Virus record (IMG/VR): IMGVR_UViG_3300022925_000005
DNA length: 64,000 nt
Reading direction: 5' to 3' (one strand)
DNA from: a virus
Program-made: the position numbers and the translations under genes
Part shown: one piece after another, positions 52,801 through 60,469 of the stretch
How the letters are laid out: each line of letters begins with the position of its first letter
Numbering within the stretch: position 1 is the first letter of the stretch
Notes under the pieces: generated by a model
What the model was told of the DNA's origin: nothing
Seen by the model: only the letters and a program-made list of their open reading frames with translations
Database searches by the model: none

Positions 52801-54550
52801 TATATGTTATCGAACCAGTAACCAACGTAGTTTCTACATCAAATGTAATTGTTGTTGGTGGTAATGGATTTGATGGAGCAGATGCAGAATCAAATGAAAA
52901 ATATAAATTGTTTGGTGTAATTGTAATATCTTTATTAAAAAGATTTAAATTACCACCATCAAATGTTTTAGTATCTTCAACTAATACTGGTATGTAGTTG
53001 TTATTTATATCATAGAATTCAAATCTATAATCAAACGTTTCAGTTTGTAATGTTTTTGGAACTTGTTGTATGAATGTAATCTCATCAGGTGAAAATGATG
53101 TTTCCTGCGATGCTTTCAGACTTACATTGTTAATATACCAATCACTACCCTCAACTTCAAAATATAACTTAGCCTCATCAAAATTATCTGCTATTATGTT
53201 TTCAGTAAAGTTTTGCTTTTGTAAAACACTATTAGATGATGGTATATTTAAAATTGTTTGAGATTTAGGAGTACCATTTAAGGAACCACTTAATGTTGCT
53301 TTTATAAAATCAGTACTAATGTTAGTACCCTTTTTAACATTAAAATCTAATGTGTACTCAACCCCACTTTGAATTGAGAATGATTGGGTTGTTAAAAAAT
53401 AGTTTCCCTCAGTTGAATTTAATTTAGCAGAATTATATAAGAAGCCAGTATTAAGTTCTACTGAAATATTATTAGATGAGGTCATCCAATATTGTGATAA
53501 CACATCTTGTGTAAATGTACCATAACTAATCTCATTAGCTTCGGTAGTTTCAATATCTCTTAATAACTCATTTGATTCTAATTGTATTTCTTGTACGAAC
53601 TCATAATCAGTTAAGTTTGATTGAGAACGTCTATATACTTTTACTCTTGCAGCATCACCAACTGCCGTTTTCATATCAGTAATACTAATCTTAGCAAACG
53701 AGCCAGTAAGTGCGGTTGCTAAATCAGTTACACCTTCTAAATAATTAAATGATGTTGTATAACTTTCATTGGAAAATCCCCTCACAATACCATTAGGTGC
53801 ATATGGTGGTGAAACTATTACCTCAGTTTCACTAACAACATCCAACACAATAGGATTATAATCAATATTATCAAATGATATACGATTACCACCAATTGAA
53901 CCAGTCCAATTATCACCACTACTTACATTTAATCTATATGATGTTGGTAGTGAGAATTCTGTTAATGTAGTACCGGCAGTTGGTGCCAATGGAATACCAT
54001 TAACATTACCATTCTGAGTTACTAAATTTGCATTGTTATTAAATATTGGTTTGTTAATCTCATCAATATTAATTTGAGGTCTTTTAAAGAATCTAACTCT
54101 ATCCTCATTTGCAAGTAATTTATTGATTTGGAATGTACGTTCCCACTTAACATTATATGTACCTCTCCATGTATCTGGAATAGCTCGTTTTACATCATTA
54201 TCAATGTACTCTTTAAGTTCACCTAATATTGTGATTTTACCCAATCCAATTGGTGTATCATTATATACATAAACCGCAATTAATGATGATATACCTTCAT
54301 AGTATTCTGGGATACCTTTGGCTGGTTCATAAAACACAGGATTACCCTCTACATCTAAAATTTCTATTTTTATTTCAGTAGTTTCTTTTAGATATTCGGA
54401 ACCCTCAATAAGGAATCCATTTTTACCACCAGTAAATGTATCTTTAAATTCAGTTATTCTAAAATAATCTGAGTTTGGATTTTCATCTACTACAAATGTT
54501 TGAAAAGAAGATAACTTTTGTTCAGGTGAGTACTTTTTAATTCTTGCCAT
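43865..54550 (-). CDS. Giant tail fibre/spike with repeated beta domains, a Hint domain and a C-terminal peptidase S74 intramolecular chaperone
   Basis: 3561 aa; C-terminal TSDENQKENI..LNPVSY..HYGLGAQ..LRY..MIKAIQEL is the S74 pattern; repeated SADS/SNxSHT domains. Confidence 0.88.
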   Translation of the reverse strand: MARIKKYSPEQKLSSFQTFVVDENPNSDYFRITEFKDTFTGGKNGFLIEGSEYLKETTEIKIEILDVEGNPVFYEPAKGIPEYYEGISSLIAVYVYNDTPIGLGKITILGELKEYIDNDVKRAIPDTWRGTYNVKWERTFQINKLLANEDRVRFFKRPQINIDEINKPIFNNNANLVTQNGNVNGIPLAPTAGTTLTEFSLPTSYRLNVSSGDNWTGSIGGNRISFDNIDYNPIVLDVVSETEVIVSPPYAPNGIVRGFSNESYTTSFNYLEGVTDLATALTGSFAKISITDMKTAVGDAARVKVYRRSQSNLTDYEFVQEIQLESNELLRDIETTEANEISYGTFTQDVLSQYWMTSSNNISVELNTGFLYNSAKLNSTEGNYFLTTQSFSIQSGVEYTLDFNVKKGTNISTDFIKATLSGSLNGTPKSQTILNIPSSNSVLQKQNFTENIIADNFDEAKLYFEVEGSDWYINNVSLKASQETSFSPDEITFIQQVPKTLQTETFDYRFEFYDINNNYIPVLVEDTKTFDGGNLNLFNKDITITPNNLYFSFDSASAPSNPLPPTTITFDVETTLVTGSITYTSGAYDEFGDLILSSEYVGGQYPGLMSGYETLSPTLTVADFTGSRNDITVQYIRFTGEVEGVSDDVVITRTQDGKGGVNFEIRPYRGTIIKNKDESTLEVQAIRIDGVNEIILRDNLPQNGFSDAKLRVQSGSEYILLSEADSTGYILGLSAGTTGSGELDYNAVFDRTSITGQLPLYLMDGDTEEDILTTLLLTDLQDGLGAGFVTFDVEQFNINPKEDTTFTPQTASLAGNFYLRGTNESPISGTLKVFPSMSITDALLPEYYMFFETGAFDSRITVTATNAQNEIIDSGIPGDSVGYYSPIDSKQLTFNFTYTEDFTSESISVDKTIFVAPDGIGIEPVVISLDPLTVNLNSNQQGEVYSYTPLDTTITAKQGKFDLIYTGSEEPGTFFVELVTPTNITYTSESFTNTSVNFDSWSYMDSGSLLASVDYDLKIYPYYTSSFELKTITQRITKGVDGSDAIEIEVNPSVVSLQANENGTVSDYSTANTNIVVKQGNLYLSYETSSLPGTYNVTATGSGIVVGDVSASSQYDLDFGDETVHYTNFSQLEAGSGSVDYNFYVYPYSLTNGVAGVEETYTKKQLFSKSNDGTAARSVSLSTTTEVVNFDGDGVVTSPLGSIFLEATAFNVTASQTYYQFFRDGFAYSLVGTDPTFEIGSGDATSPGETATWQVQIRDGASTSPIVATSEVTIAGIKAGADNYQVFLTNPSPSVGVEVDGTTTLDTTGTQITALKGTTQLTHVSTYSEETLNLIGDPIGTIGEFSSSLYYVPSFITQPNIPNGNPASVDPITAWTLPQDNKSATIVYKVDIENGRATYFLSQSLSTVFEGATGPGIVVRGEWTGSVDYLFSLEQKRRDAIIYKYDNGGEQETHYFATTNELNDYKRLPYTASVGITDEPEYDGSQEQGDVDTFGWEYLGQQDMFVAAKIAIFEESFVENTINVGIPPDGNPNANIAIVGGSDEPYIAIGQTGTQGFAQPGVFIGMTNDGGPNGTSGTMGILSLKSTPAAGEYKSLEWDGETLTIRGSIRQTAAGVVEPSLRGTWADGIDYNPEDLVQYVGETWSSNTSHTSNISGDSTDGPPGTGPWTIAAGAGKNISLSADSYVIQYDEFGLNPTPSSTITLIASSSNFVDAYYKFTGGGAVFTDETSFTDGLTANTDTATLNVPTSYFSTPLTIKVAVSEGDQIEKLSDTITITALKSGADSTPQYMITPLTGTQIKNSSGNIELQVQESSINGLSDVNSGDIKIYKNDSSLLNASMSGVTGDAYNPTLDSDAITGTLNLQLRDASDNVLDSITLVDVSDGLGGGSFLSPNLKSTRNPGYGIYNPTFLSATASFFDTSGTEYQKQVRITPSLSSGVDYMAVGAASGDSEITITANDGDGNTITLGGSSVATKDTVLVATFTDPATSQTTTINETFYIVSDGADGLSAITVINTNQSHTVPASSDGVVSSYSNSGTDISVYEGTGSLSYDGVGNSPGNWTITSSVLPLDAIIVGSITDNGDDITIGDHSSMDNAESIANITYTISGQRINGDSFTSNTTQTITKAKEGVKAKTIRLSADSQTFRIAKDGTVTPSTITFTANRQNLTNTTTFTTNPSPLTIGEPATDVATLTYNNFSQGGAQTAVTITATADGLSDEITVVEVVEGSDAITVVLSNESHTFAADNSGNIASFAGSGTTISVFEGATPLNHDNGGVGGFDITTTTTNIVVGTITDSGNNAVVGDHSNMTADSASIEYEIDITKLDGTNILLYKTQSFSKSKAGTDGTPGAPGASGAGITYRGEWANDAGVTYNSSDARKDVVKFNGDFYIADYDGGDTFAGNITPPNATYWATFGAQFESVATDILFAEDVYANRTINIGTGESGNPVIALNADSSSGYANPFISIGQTTQGFESDGIFMGFDEGTASLSLTGENVKTNIGGWQVDTSGLFYETEYSIGDSIEADFYFTSSILNSSLSQWLYYGGGFYGINDYYSMGSEFGFPPAVFDVYTRTPDPFGSGSQLIAYGQITTTHIINGRGNTNSQELAVFTLEGPALYADSSSVDYLTYLTSSYDLSAGGPGTTKAEIVWADGADYIQAFEYGTSRTVALSWNTISETGSFTNDNFFGPPDFAPNTNAYVYATNVDIGPYVSESIAIKLSNQDIYDPGTDSQIKTESPNTFGRDLILSSYDQNPAANQFILYTIHRSGVQMLASSVRTVKAGSLTDAVIIGDAIRLSTSGSTADSNKPYISIGQPTIGYNTRGVFMGFPSGSDTPQFSLRSLSGNYLRYNGDTIAFSGDLSGGTIEGTSIVGGSISVPGIGSEALFSVDVNGNVSASNANMSGIINANSGRIGDWIIDDETKSLRDENSEIIFEPNLPELQFFTGSEKKVIIGPQPTLSETDGASSTTITFTNLASAQPDTSVSITNTNATIPYLSSYSVGDNSNSAAISVSQGDIQIGLDLPAMTINPPTANISQITSYPNYSPSFDGQIHGNSLGPVPIKLRAYLYLEVVDTNNSNAVIGRKLVAQTSEAVSAYAGLGNYYVGSYFDDGNGGGGFPSYYSVVGDTEITLSDGSTILAKDIKIGQKILAWNWNDKIDNHIGVDKFDEFTISDVKTRKTSEIYKITVGDNIVEVSDSHGFWLDGNTQIKATELIAGESKIYVKDGDSISLQLVDRVDIIEGADVYTLSVPGVYNYISNGIISHNYVSSTWEYIPTSQGGVSAVNGTFAGASGQTVSIPISSASTAAKLRYSVRVSSAAGLQRNTNSSGTSTNIYTSATAAYNNTATSAISTTGYLQPMTLDTSLNFQLAANFVEIKAGGVQIVSSADSYVRMKRREPSSSNPELFKLTGGTAYFDVTDGGPGISAIVSTGNIIPGVNNLYDLGNSSFRWDDVFATNGTINTSDENQKENIVTSDLGLDFINALNPVSYKFISGSRTHYGLGAQSVETTLESFEKDSIDFAGLITGSSYGLRYHEFISPMIKAIQELTDKVTQLEAQISGSIS
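44762..45190 (-). other. Hint (mini-intein/BIL-like) domain, 143 aa, inside the tail fibre
   Basis: Block A SVVGDTEITLSDGS, block B VSDSHGF, blocks F/G DVYTLSV..NYISNGIISHN. The +1 residue is Tyr and there is no endonuclease. Confidence 0.85.
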
Positions 54551-54578
54551 TTACCAATTGCCTATTAGTGTTTCTCAC

Positions 54579-54645
54579 TATAAATATTCCAATTTTTAGA
54601 ATGTGGATACTTATACTAAAGAAAACTAAAGAGTTCTAAAGAAAT
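54579..54645. promoter_or_regulatory. Back-to-back late motifs and three 10-bp-phased CTAAAGA direct repeats (putative RHH operator)
   Basis: Minus-strand ATATTTATA at 54579-54587; plus-strand ATACTTATA at 54607-54615; CTAAAGA at 54616, 54626 and 54636. Confidence 0.7.
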
Positions 54646-54814
54646 GAGTAAAAAATATGCAATGTTACAAATTGATGCCGAAGTTCATCAAATGTTAAAG
54701 GAATTTTGTAAGGATAAAGGATATAAAATGAATGGGTTGGTGGAATCCCTTATAAAAGAAAAGGTTTCACCAAATGTGAAACCTCTTCCTTCTAATGTTC
54801 TTAAAACTAATTAA
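54644..54814 (+). CDS. Ribbon-helix-helix DNA-binding protein, 56 aa (below the ORF-track cutoff; the only plus-strand gene)
   Basis: MSKKYAMLQIDAEVHQMLKEFCKDKGYKMNGLVESLIKEKVSPNVKPLPSNVLKTN: a strand plus two helices with the KG turn; it has its own promoter motif. Confidence 0.8.
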   Translation: MSKKYAMLQIDAEVHQMLKEFCKDKGYKMNGLVESLIKEKVSPNVKPLPSNVLKTN

Positions 54815-55625
54815 CTGCTCTACCTTTCATACCTTCCCAATCCCTATTTTTTCGTACTACATCATTTTTCCTATTAGTAGCCATTAACATAGTTGGATAT
54901 AATCCCAACTCATCAGCTAAATAAATCAATGCGTTAACATCCTTTGGGAAACAATGCCCCCCATAACCAAAATCTCCATCAGGTCCCGGTACACTCCAAT
55001 GTGTTTTACCTAACCTATCATCAAAGGTTGAGTATTCCACAACCTTATCGTAATCTATATTCAACTTCTCACAAATCCGATATATCTCATTAGCGAATGA
55101 TACTTTAGTTGCTAAGAATGTATTTGTTAAATACTTTACCATCTCAGCATGAGTTGAATCGGTTTTTACTATATGTGCGTTTGGAAATACATTTGAGAAT
55201 ATTCGTTTAAGGTAAGTGGTTGTTGGTCTTGGTCCTCCTAATATAATCCTATTTTGATTTTCGTAATCCTTTACCGCGTTTCGTTCGGTTAAGAACTCTG
55301 GGTTGAATACAATGTTTGTTTTGTATGTATCATTCCAACGTTGAGTAGTACCCGGTGTAATAGTTGATTTAACAACGATTCCTTTAGCTACCCCAACCTC
55401 ATCAATTTGTTTGATTACATCTTCTACAATATTAGTATTACAACTACCATCAGAATTCATAGGAGTAGGTAAGCAGGTAAATACATAATCACATTTAGAT
55501 ACATCTTCAAATGTAGAGTTACATTTAGTTTCATCCAAATCATAAGTCAATACATTATAATGTTCTTTAAACTTTTGATAAACTGCATTACCAACAAACC
55601 CCTGTCCTATAATTCCTATTTTCAT
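54807..55625 (-). CDS. ugd: UDP-glucose/GDP-mannose 6-dehydrogenase family, short form
   Basis: GIIGQGFVG, KSTITPG, NPEFL, AEMVKY, GGHCFPKD. Confidence 0.9.
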   Translation of the reverse strand: MKIGIIGQGFVGNAVYQKFKEHYNVLTYDLDETKCNSTFEDVSKCDYVFTCLPTPMNSDGSCNTNIVEDVIKQIDEVGVAKGIVVKSTITPGTTQRWNDTYKTNIVFNPEFLTERNAVKDYENQNRIILGGPRPTTTYLKRIFSNVFPNAHIVKTDSTHAEMVKYLTNTFLATKVSFANEIYRICEKLNIDYDKVVEYSTFDDRLGKTHWSVPGPDGDFGYGGHCFPKDVNALIYLADELGLYPTMLMATNRKNDVVRKNRDWEGMKGRAVN

Positions 55626-55627
55626 TT

Positions 55628-58600
55628 TTAAAACTTAATATTACTGAACCCATTTACTTTTTTGATTTCCATCAAAGTATCTACAACATCTCTCATTGAA
55701 TCGATGTGAGAAATAATCATTACGAAATCGAATTGAGTTTTTAGATAAGCGAATAACATATACAATGATGTAAGGTTTTCGTTATCCAAAGTTCCAAACC
55801 CTTCATCCACAACTAAGAAGTTAGGACGAGGTAGGTTACATACATTGATTAGAGCGATTCTAATGGCTAATCCTGAGATGAACCTCTCCATACCACTACA
55901 CATCTCCAAACTCCATTGTTGGTCATCATAAACGATGTTAGCGTTGATGTTCTTCCCATCCATTTCCAATTGTAACCCAAACTCTACGATTTGACCTAAG
56001 ATGTTGTTTACTTCACCTTCAATCATTGGTAATGCTTTAGAAATCAATTCATAAGATACACCATCTTTACCCAAAGCGTTTAAGTAGTATTCGTATAATC
56101 CAAATTGTTCTTCTAAAGTTTCAACCTCTTTGATTCTCTCTTCAATTGTTTCCTTTTGATTCTTCAAAGATGATACTGAACCATTTAGTGTGAGGAGTTG
56201 TTTGTTAAATGAATCTACATTTGATTTAGCAGATGTTAAATCACTTCGTACAACTCCCATCTCAGTTCTCAACTCTTTGTTCTTTTGGATTTGCTTTTCA
56301 TTCTCCAAATAATCCTCAATCAATTGTGTAACTTGTAGAAGTTCGTTGTTTAACTTAACTTCTTGAGTTTCGAATGTTGATAACTTGTTAATAAGTGTGT
56401 TAATATCTCTACTTATCTTTTCTTCATCACTCTTTAGTTTGGTAAGAGTTTCACTTAACTCTTTGTACTTTTTACGAGTATCGATTGCAAGAAGTAGAAG
56501 ATTCTTCTCTTCAAACTTCATTTGTTTATCAACAGCGATAGTTGTTAAATCAGCTTCTACACCAACTTTAGCATCGATGATTGATTCGGAGTTCTCCATA
56601 CAAATCTCACAATCTTTGTTGTATTTGTGAGTTTCCAAATGAGCCATTCGTTCTAATAAAGAATCCTCTTTGATTTTTATCTTATCTAACTCATTATCCA
56701 AATCCTTTAAATCGGAAATGTATTGGTTGTATAGTTTGTATTCGCTGGTGATTTTATCTTCATCCATCGAATCGATTTTCTCCTCTAATTCAATTTGAGT
56801 TCCCTCTAAAGTATCAATCTTTGATTGTGTTAGATTTCTTTGTTCCTCTAAATCGGTTAGGGATTTCTCCAATGTCGATTTTTTGGTTTCCAAGTCGGTC
56901 AAAGAATAATTGTCGGATTTAACTTTTACAATCTTTTCGTTGAGGGAGATTAATTTCTGATTGTGCTTCTCCACTTCATCATTGGAAGCGTTCAATTGAA
57001 TCTCAACTAATTTGTATTCCGATTCTTTCTCCTTTAAGGAAGTTTCGATATCAGCCAACTTTTGAGTGAAATCATCTTGCTTAAACTTACGAATAAGTGA
57101 AGCGTTATCCCTATTCTCATCCTGCGCAAAGTTGTAGAGTTTATCGAATACATCTACACCCATAAATTGAGCTAGGATTTCCTTTCTCTCCGTTTGTGAT
57201 TTATCAATGAATAAAGAGTTGTTACCTTGGAGTGAAAGAGTGGTGAGTACGAAATCATCATAAGTACCTAAGTATTGTTGAATCATTGCGTTTGTATCTC
57301 TTCTCTGCTCTCCATTTAAAGAAGTGATACCCCCACCATCTTCTCTCCAAAAGCTTACATCTACTTTTACATTCTTTCCTTTGTTAATTAACTTAGCCGT
57401 TCTTTCAATGAAGTAATCTACTCCATCAATCTGAAAGTTTAGTTTACAATAGAAGTTTGATTTTCTATTGTTCATTATGTTCTTTGCTAAGTAGGTTCTA
57501 CTTGTCTTGTCAAAAATACAAAATGAGATAGCATCAAATAGGGATGATTTACCACTAGCGTTTGGTGCGAATACTCCCACCATCCCTTTAGCGTTATCAA
57601 ATCGAATCTTATTGTTCTCACCATATGAGAACATATTAGAGAATTCAAATTGCTTTGGTATCCATTGGATGTTTGGAACAACATCATCATCTACCAACTT
57701 TGTGTTCATCTCTCTATTGATTTGCTGAATCTTATCAATAGTTTCGTTATCCGCAAGGAATTGTCTTTCTAAGTAATCTTTGATTAGTTCGTTTTGGAAT
57801 TCTACATCTCTCACATTTCCAATTGCCAACTTATCATCAAAGTTACCTTGCTTTTGTTTTGAGATGGTATCCATTCTCGTAACAGTGAATTCCTCTACTT
57901 GGTATTTCTTTTTGATTTCAGTTAATGCTCTCTTAATCTGAGATGGGTCGGTATTTGAGATGCGAACTCTCAATCGAGGTTTCTTTGGCATATCAGATAC
58001 ATCAGGTACAATACCATCGTTTACATCTAATGTATAGAAACCATAATCGTTTTCGATATCGAACTCTTCGAAAGTTCTACTCTCAACATCCCATAATAAG
58101 TAACCATGCTTATCCAATGCTTCTCCGTGATTTTGTTGAATCATAGAACCAGCATAAGCAATGGTTGGAGTTCCTAATGTTTGTCTTTTGTGAATATCAC
58201 CTAACATCACCATATCAAATCCTTCAAACATATCAGTTGTGAATGAGTTGGATGATACGGTGTATCCGATATCAGTTTGTGCTAAATTTACAGGTCCATG
58301 GAATAAACATATTGTATTCTCACCTTCTACCAATTCCGCCTTTGGCCAATTCTCTTTTTCATCGAGTATCGAATATACCACAAAAGTAATATTATGGAAG
58401 GGATAGATACCAGTATCTCTAAGGTAATGTATTCTTTCATTATTTAAATTTTCTACGATTGGTGTAAGTACATCCAAACGATAGTTGTTGTTTAAGTTAC
58501 AATCGTGATTACCAGTAATTAAGAATGTTTCTTTTCTATTGGCACATTCGGTTAAGAACCAACTGATTTCCCTTACTAATTCAGGACTCATTTCAGTTTT

Positions 58601-58759
58601 AGCATGTGCAATATCACCAGCTAAGTAAATGATAGAGTTTTCAATATTATCTCTATCTACATTATCTAAAAACTTTTGGAATACTTCTCTATACTCCTTA
58701 TGTCTTTTTAAGTTACGGATATGTAAATCCGCTAAATGGTAAATCTTTTCTACCTTCAT
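55628..58759 (-). CDS. Fused Mre11/SbcD nuclease and Rad50/SbcC ATPase (gp47-gp46 equivalent)
   Basis: Nuclease: ADLH, GDIAH, GNHD, GDIH. ATPase: Walker A NASGKSS, Zn hook CEIC, signature CSGME, Walker B VVDEGFGTLD, ISH. Confidence 0.93.
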   Translation of the reverse strand: MKVEKIYHLADLHIRNLKRHKEYREVFQKFLDNVDRDNIENSIIYLAGDIAHAKTEMSPELVREISWFLTECANRKETFLITGNHDCNLNNNYRLDVLTPIVENLNNERIHYLRDTGIYPFHNITFVVYSILDEKENWPKAELVEGENTICLFHGPVNLAQTDIGYTVSSNSFTTDMFEGFDMVMLGDIHKRQTLGTPTIAYAGSMIQQNHGEALDKHGYLLWDVESRTFEEFDIENDYGFYTLDVNDGIVPDVSDMPKKPRLRVRISNTDPSQIKRALTEIKKKYQVEEFTVTRMDTISKQKQGNFDDKLAIGNVRDVEFQNELIKDYLERQFLADNETIDKIQQINREMNTKLVDDDVVPNIQWIPKQFEFSNMFSYGENNKIRFDNAKGMVGVFAPNASGKSSLFDAISFCIFDKTSRTYLAKNIMNNRKSNFYCKLNFQIDGVDYFIERTAKLINKGKNVKVDVSFWREDGGGITSLNGEQRRDTNAMIQQYLGTYDDFVLTTLSLQGNNSLFIDKSQTERKEILAQFMGVDVFDKLYNFAQDENRDNASLIRKFKQDDFTQKLADIETSLKEKESEYKLVEIQLNASNDEVEKHNQKLISLNEKIVKVKSDNYSLTDLETKKSTLEKSLTDLEEQRNLTQSKIDTLEGTQIELEEKIDSMDEDKITSEYKLYNQYISDLKDLDNELDKIKIKEDSLLERMAHLETHKYNKDCEICMENSESIIDAKVGVEADLTTIAVDKQMKFEEKNLLLLAIDTRKKYKELSETLTKLKSDEEKISRDINTLINKLSTFETQEVKLNNELLQVTQLIEDYLENEKQIQKNKELRTEMGVVRSDLTSAKSNVDSFNKQLLTLNGSVSSLKNQKETIEERIKEVETLEEQFGLYEYYLNALGKDGVSYELISKALPMIEGEVNNILGQIVEFGLQLEMDGKNINANIVYDDQQWSLEMCSGMERFISGLAIRIALINVCNLPRPNFLVVDEGFGTLDNENLTSLYMLFAYLKTQFDFVMIISHIDSMRDVVDTLMEIKKVNGFSNIKF

Positions 58760-59694
58760 AAATTGTTTAGTTTTGATAGGATTAAATCATCCCAACCACT
58801 TTCTTCGGTTTCTTTTAGTAATTCATTTACTTTATCAAATCCCATATCACCAGCATCACTTTCTGTGGGTATAATGTTTGTTACCTTTATACCATTTTTA
58901 ATAAAGTACTCTGCGTGCTTTGTGGAATCATCAATTGCATCAGCATCTAATAAGATGTTTATTTCAGTTACTCCCTTTTCAAATATCTTTTCTTTTAAAG
59001 TTTTTGGTAAAAACTTACCTAAGATAGGAATTACGTTTCTCTTTACTGAGAATGAATCAAACACACCCTCAACTAATGTAATTGGTTCATTCCAATTGAT
59101 TTGGTTATCAAATACAATTACATCTCTACTAACAGGTGGATTTTTATATTTCATTGTATTATCAGAATAATACGAACGTGCTACAAAATAGTTTAATTCA
59201 CCATCGGAATTATATGATGGTACAATAGTTCTACCACCATACATACCATCTTCACAATATCCAATATTATGCTTCAATATCTCATCCATAGTAATACCTC
59301 TATTGTAAAGATATCCCAATGCTTGATTGTATGCAAAATCGATTGATTTTGGTTTCTGATGTAGTGGTTTGAATTCTTTAGGAAGTTTGAGTTGTATTTT
59401 CTCAACCTCCATATGATTAGTAGACGGTTTATACTCCCCATATATAGAAATGATTTTTGATAAATCACTTCTATCCACATTTAGCTTCCGCAAAAGTGAT
59501 TGGATACTTCTTCCTTTGGAATCACATACCCAACAATGCCAATATTGAGAATCTAAATTTATTTGTAGTTTCTTTTTATGATGATGACAAAAAGGACAAT
59601 GATGTGCCTGTTCGTTTCCCTTCATAGATGAACCAACACCTAATGTAGAATCCAATACATTTATAACAACTAATTTATTTCTTGCGGAGAGCAT
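58756..59694 (-). CDS. dnaG: DNA primase (Zn finger plus TOPRIM)
   Basis: CPFC..CWVC; LVEGVFD; LDADA. Confidence 0.9.
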   Translation of the reverse strand: MLSARNKLVVINVLDSTLGVGSSMKGNEQAHHCPFCHHHKKKLQINLDSQYWHCWVCDSKGRSIQSLLRKLNVDRSDLSKIISIYGEYKPSTNHMEVEKIQLKLPKEFKPLHQKPKSIDFAYNQALGYLYNRGITMDEILKHNIGYCEDGMYGGRTIVPSYNSDGELNYFVARSYYSDNTMKYKNPPVSRDVIVFDNQINWNEPITLVEGVFDSFSVKRNVIPILGKFLPKTLKEKIFEKGVTEINILLDADAIDDSTKHAEYFIKNGIKVTNIIPTESDAGDMGFDKVNELLKETEESGWDDLILSKLNNL

Positions 59695-59710
59695 TAAATT
59701 ATATTTTGCG

Positions 59711-59742
59711 TAAATATACGAAATTTATTTGGATTTACCAAA
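59711..59742 (-). promoter_or_regulatory. Bacteroidota-type promoter upstream of primase
   Basis: TTTG-N20-TATATTTA. Confidence 0.65.
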
Positions 59743-59946
59743 TTATCCCATTTGAGAATCGGATACGGCAAATAAGAATTCACCCAGTCTCTTTACTTGA
59801 GATATAGTTTGAGCATCAACATTACGTTGCTCCATTTGCCTTACCAAATCTTTGATTGATTTAACGGCTATCTTCAAACCATCATCTTTTGCATTTAGGT
59901 TATTTGGATTAATACCATATGCAATTGCTACTTGTTCTAAATTCAT
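59743..59946 (-). CDS. Hypothetical 67-aa helical protein
   Basis: Likely start is ATG 59946 (MNLEQVAIAY); the TTG start in the ORF track lies inside the promoter. Confidence 0.65.
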   Translation of the reverse strand: MNLEQVAIAYGINPNNLNAKDDGLKIAVKSIKDLVRQMEQRNVDAQTISQVKRLGEFLFAVSDSQMG

Positions 59947-59979
59947 AATATTATTTTTAGTGTATATACATTTAATAAA

Positions 59980-60011
59980 CAAATATACGAATAATATTTT
60001 AATTATCCAAG
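59980..60011 (-). promoter_or_regulatory. Bacteroidota-type promoter
   Basis: CTTG-N20-TATATTTG. Confidence 0.7.
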
Positions 60012-60463
60012 TCTTTTCTATAAAATTTTCCTAATATGTTTCCGTTGAGGGAATTATCATCTGATAGGACATCGTATTTAAACATCCAATGTACTTCATA
60101 ATATGATAAGGATTTTTTTGAATAGCAAAATTGTAGTACACTTCGTTTGAACTCATCACTCTTACCTTCGGTGATTTGCTCCTTAATCCATTCATTGGAT
60201 GAGTAGTACTTTTCCCAGTCAGAAGATTTTCTAACTTTTTTCTTTTTAGGTAGTGAACCTCGTATACCAGCCAACTTTCGTTCTTCTTTGATACGAGCTA
60301 ACTCTCTAACTCCGATTTTTACATTTCGGACACTTTCTAAGGATTTCTTACCAATGTAGTATTTGCCAGTAGGTATATGTTCTATTATATAAACAAATCC
60401 TACGGCATCTTCAGGTATAACATCTTCGGTAACATCGTTACCTTCCCATAACCAATTTGACAT
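59999..60463 (-). CDS. GIY-YIG-like nuclease-domain protein
   Basis: GFVYIIEHIPTGKYYIGKK...YYE...NGNI. Confidence 0.65.
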   Translation of the reverse strand: MSNWLWEGNDVTEDVIPEDAVGFVYIIEHIPTGKYYIGKKSLESVRNVKIGVRELARIKEERKLAGIRGSLPKKKKVRKSSDWEKYYSSNEWIKEQITEGKSDEFKRSVLQFCYSKKSLSYYEVHWMFKYDVLSDDNSLNGNILGKFYRKDLDN

Positions 60464-60469
60464 AAAGTC

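Noticed and set aside
59999-60463. Intron-associated or mobile homing endonuclease
   Set aside because: It is free-standing and short, with no obvious extra DNA-binding domain and no interrupted neighbouring gene.
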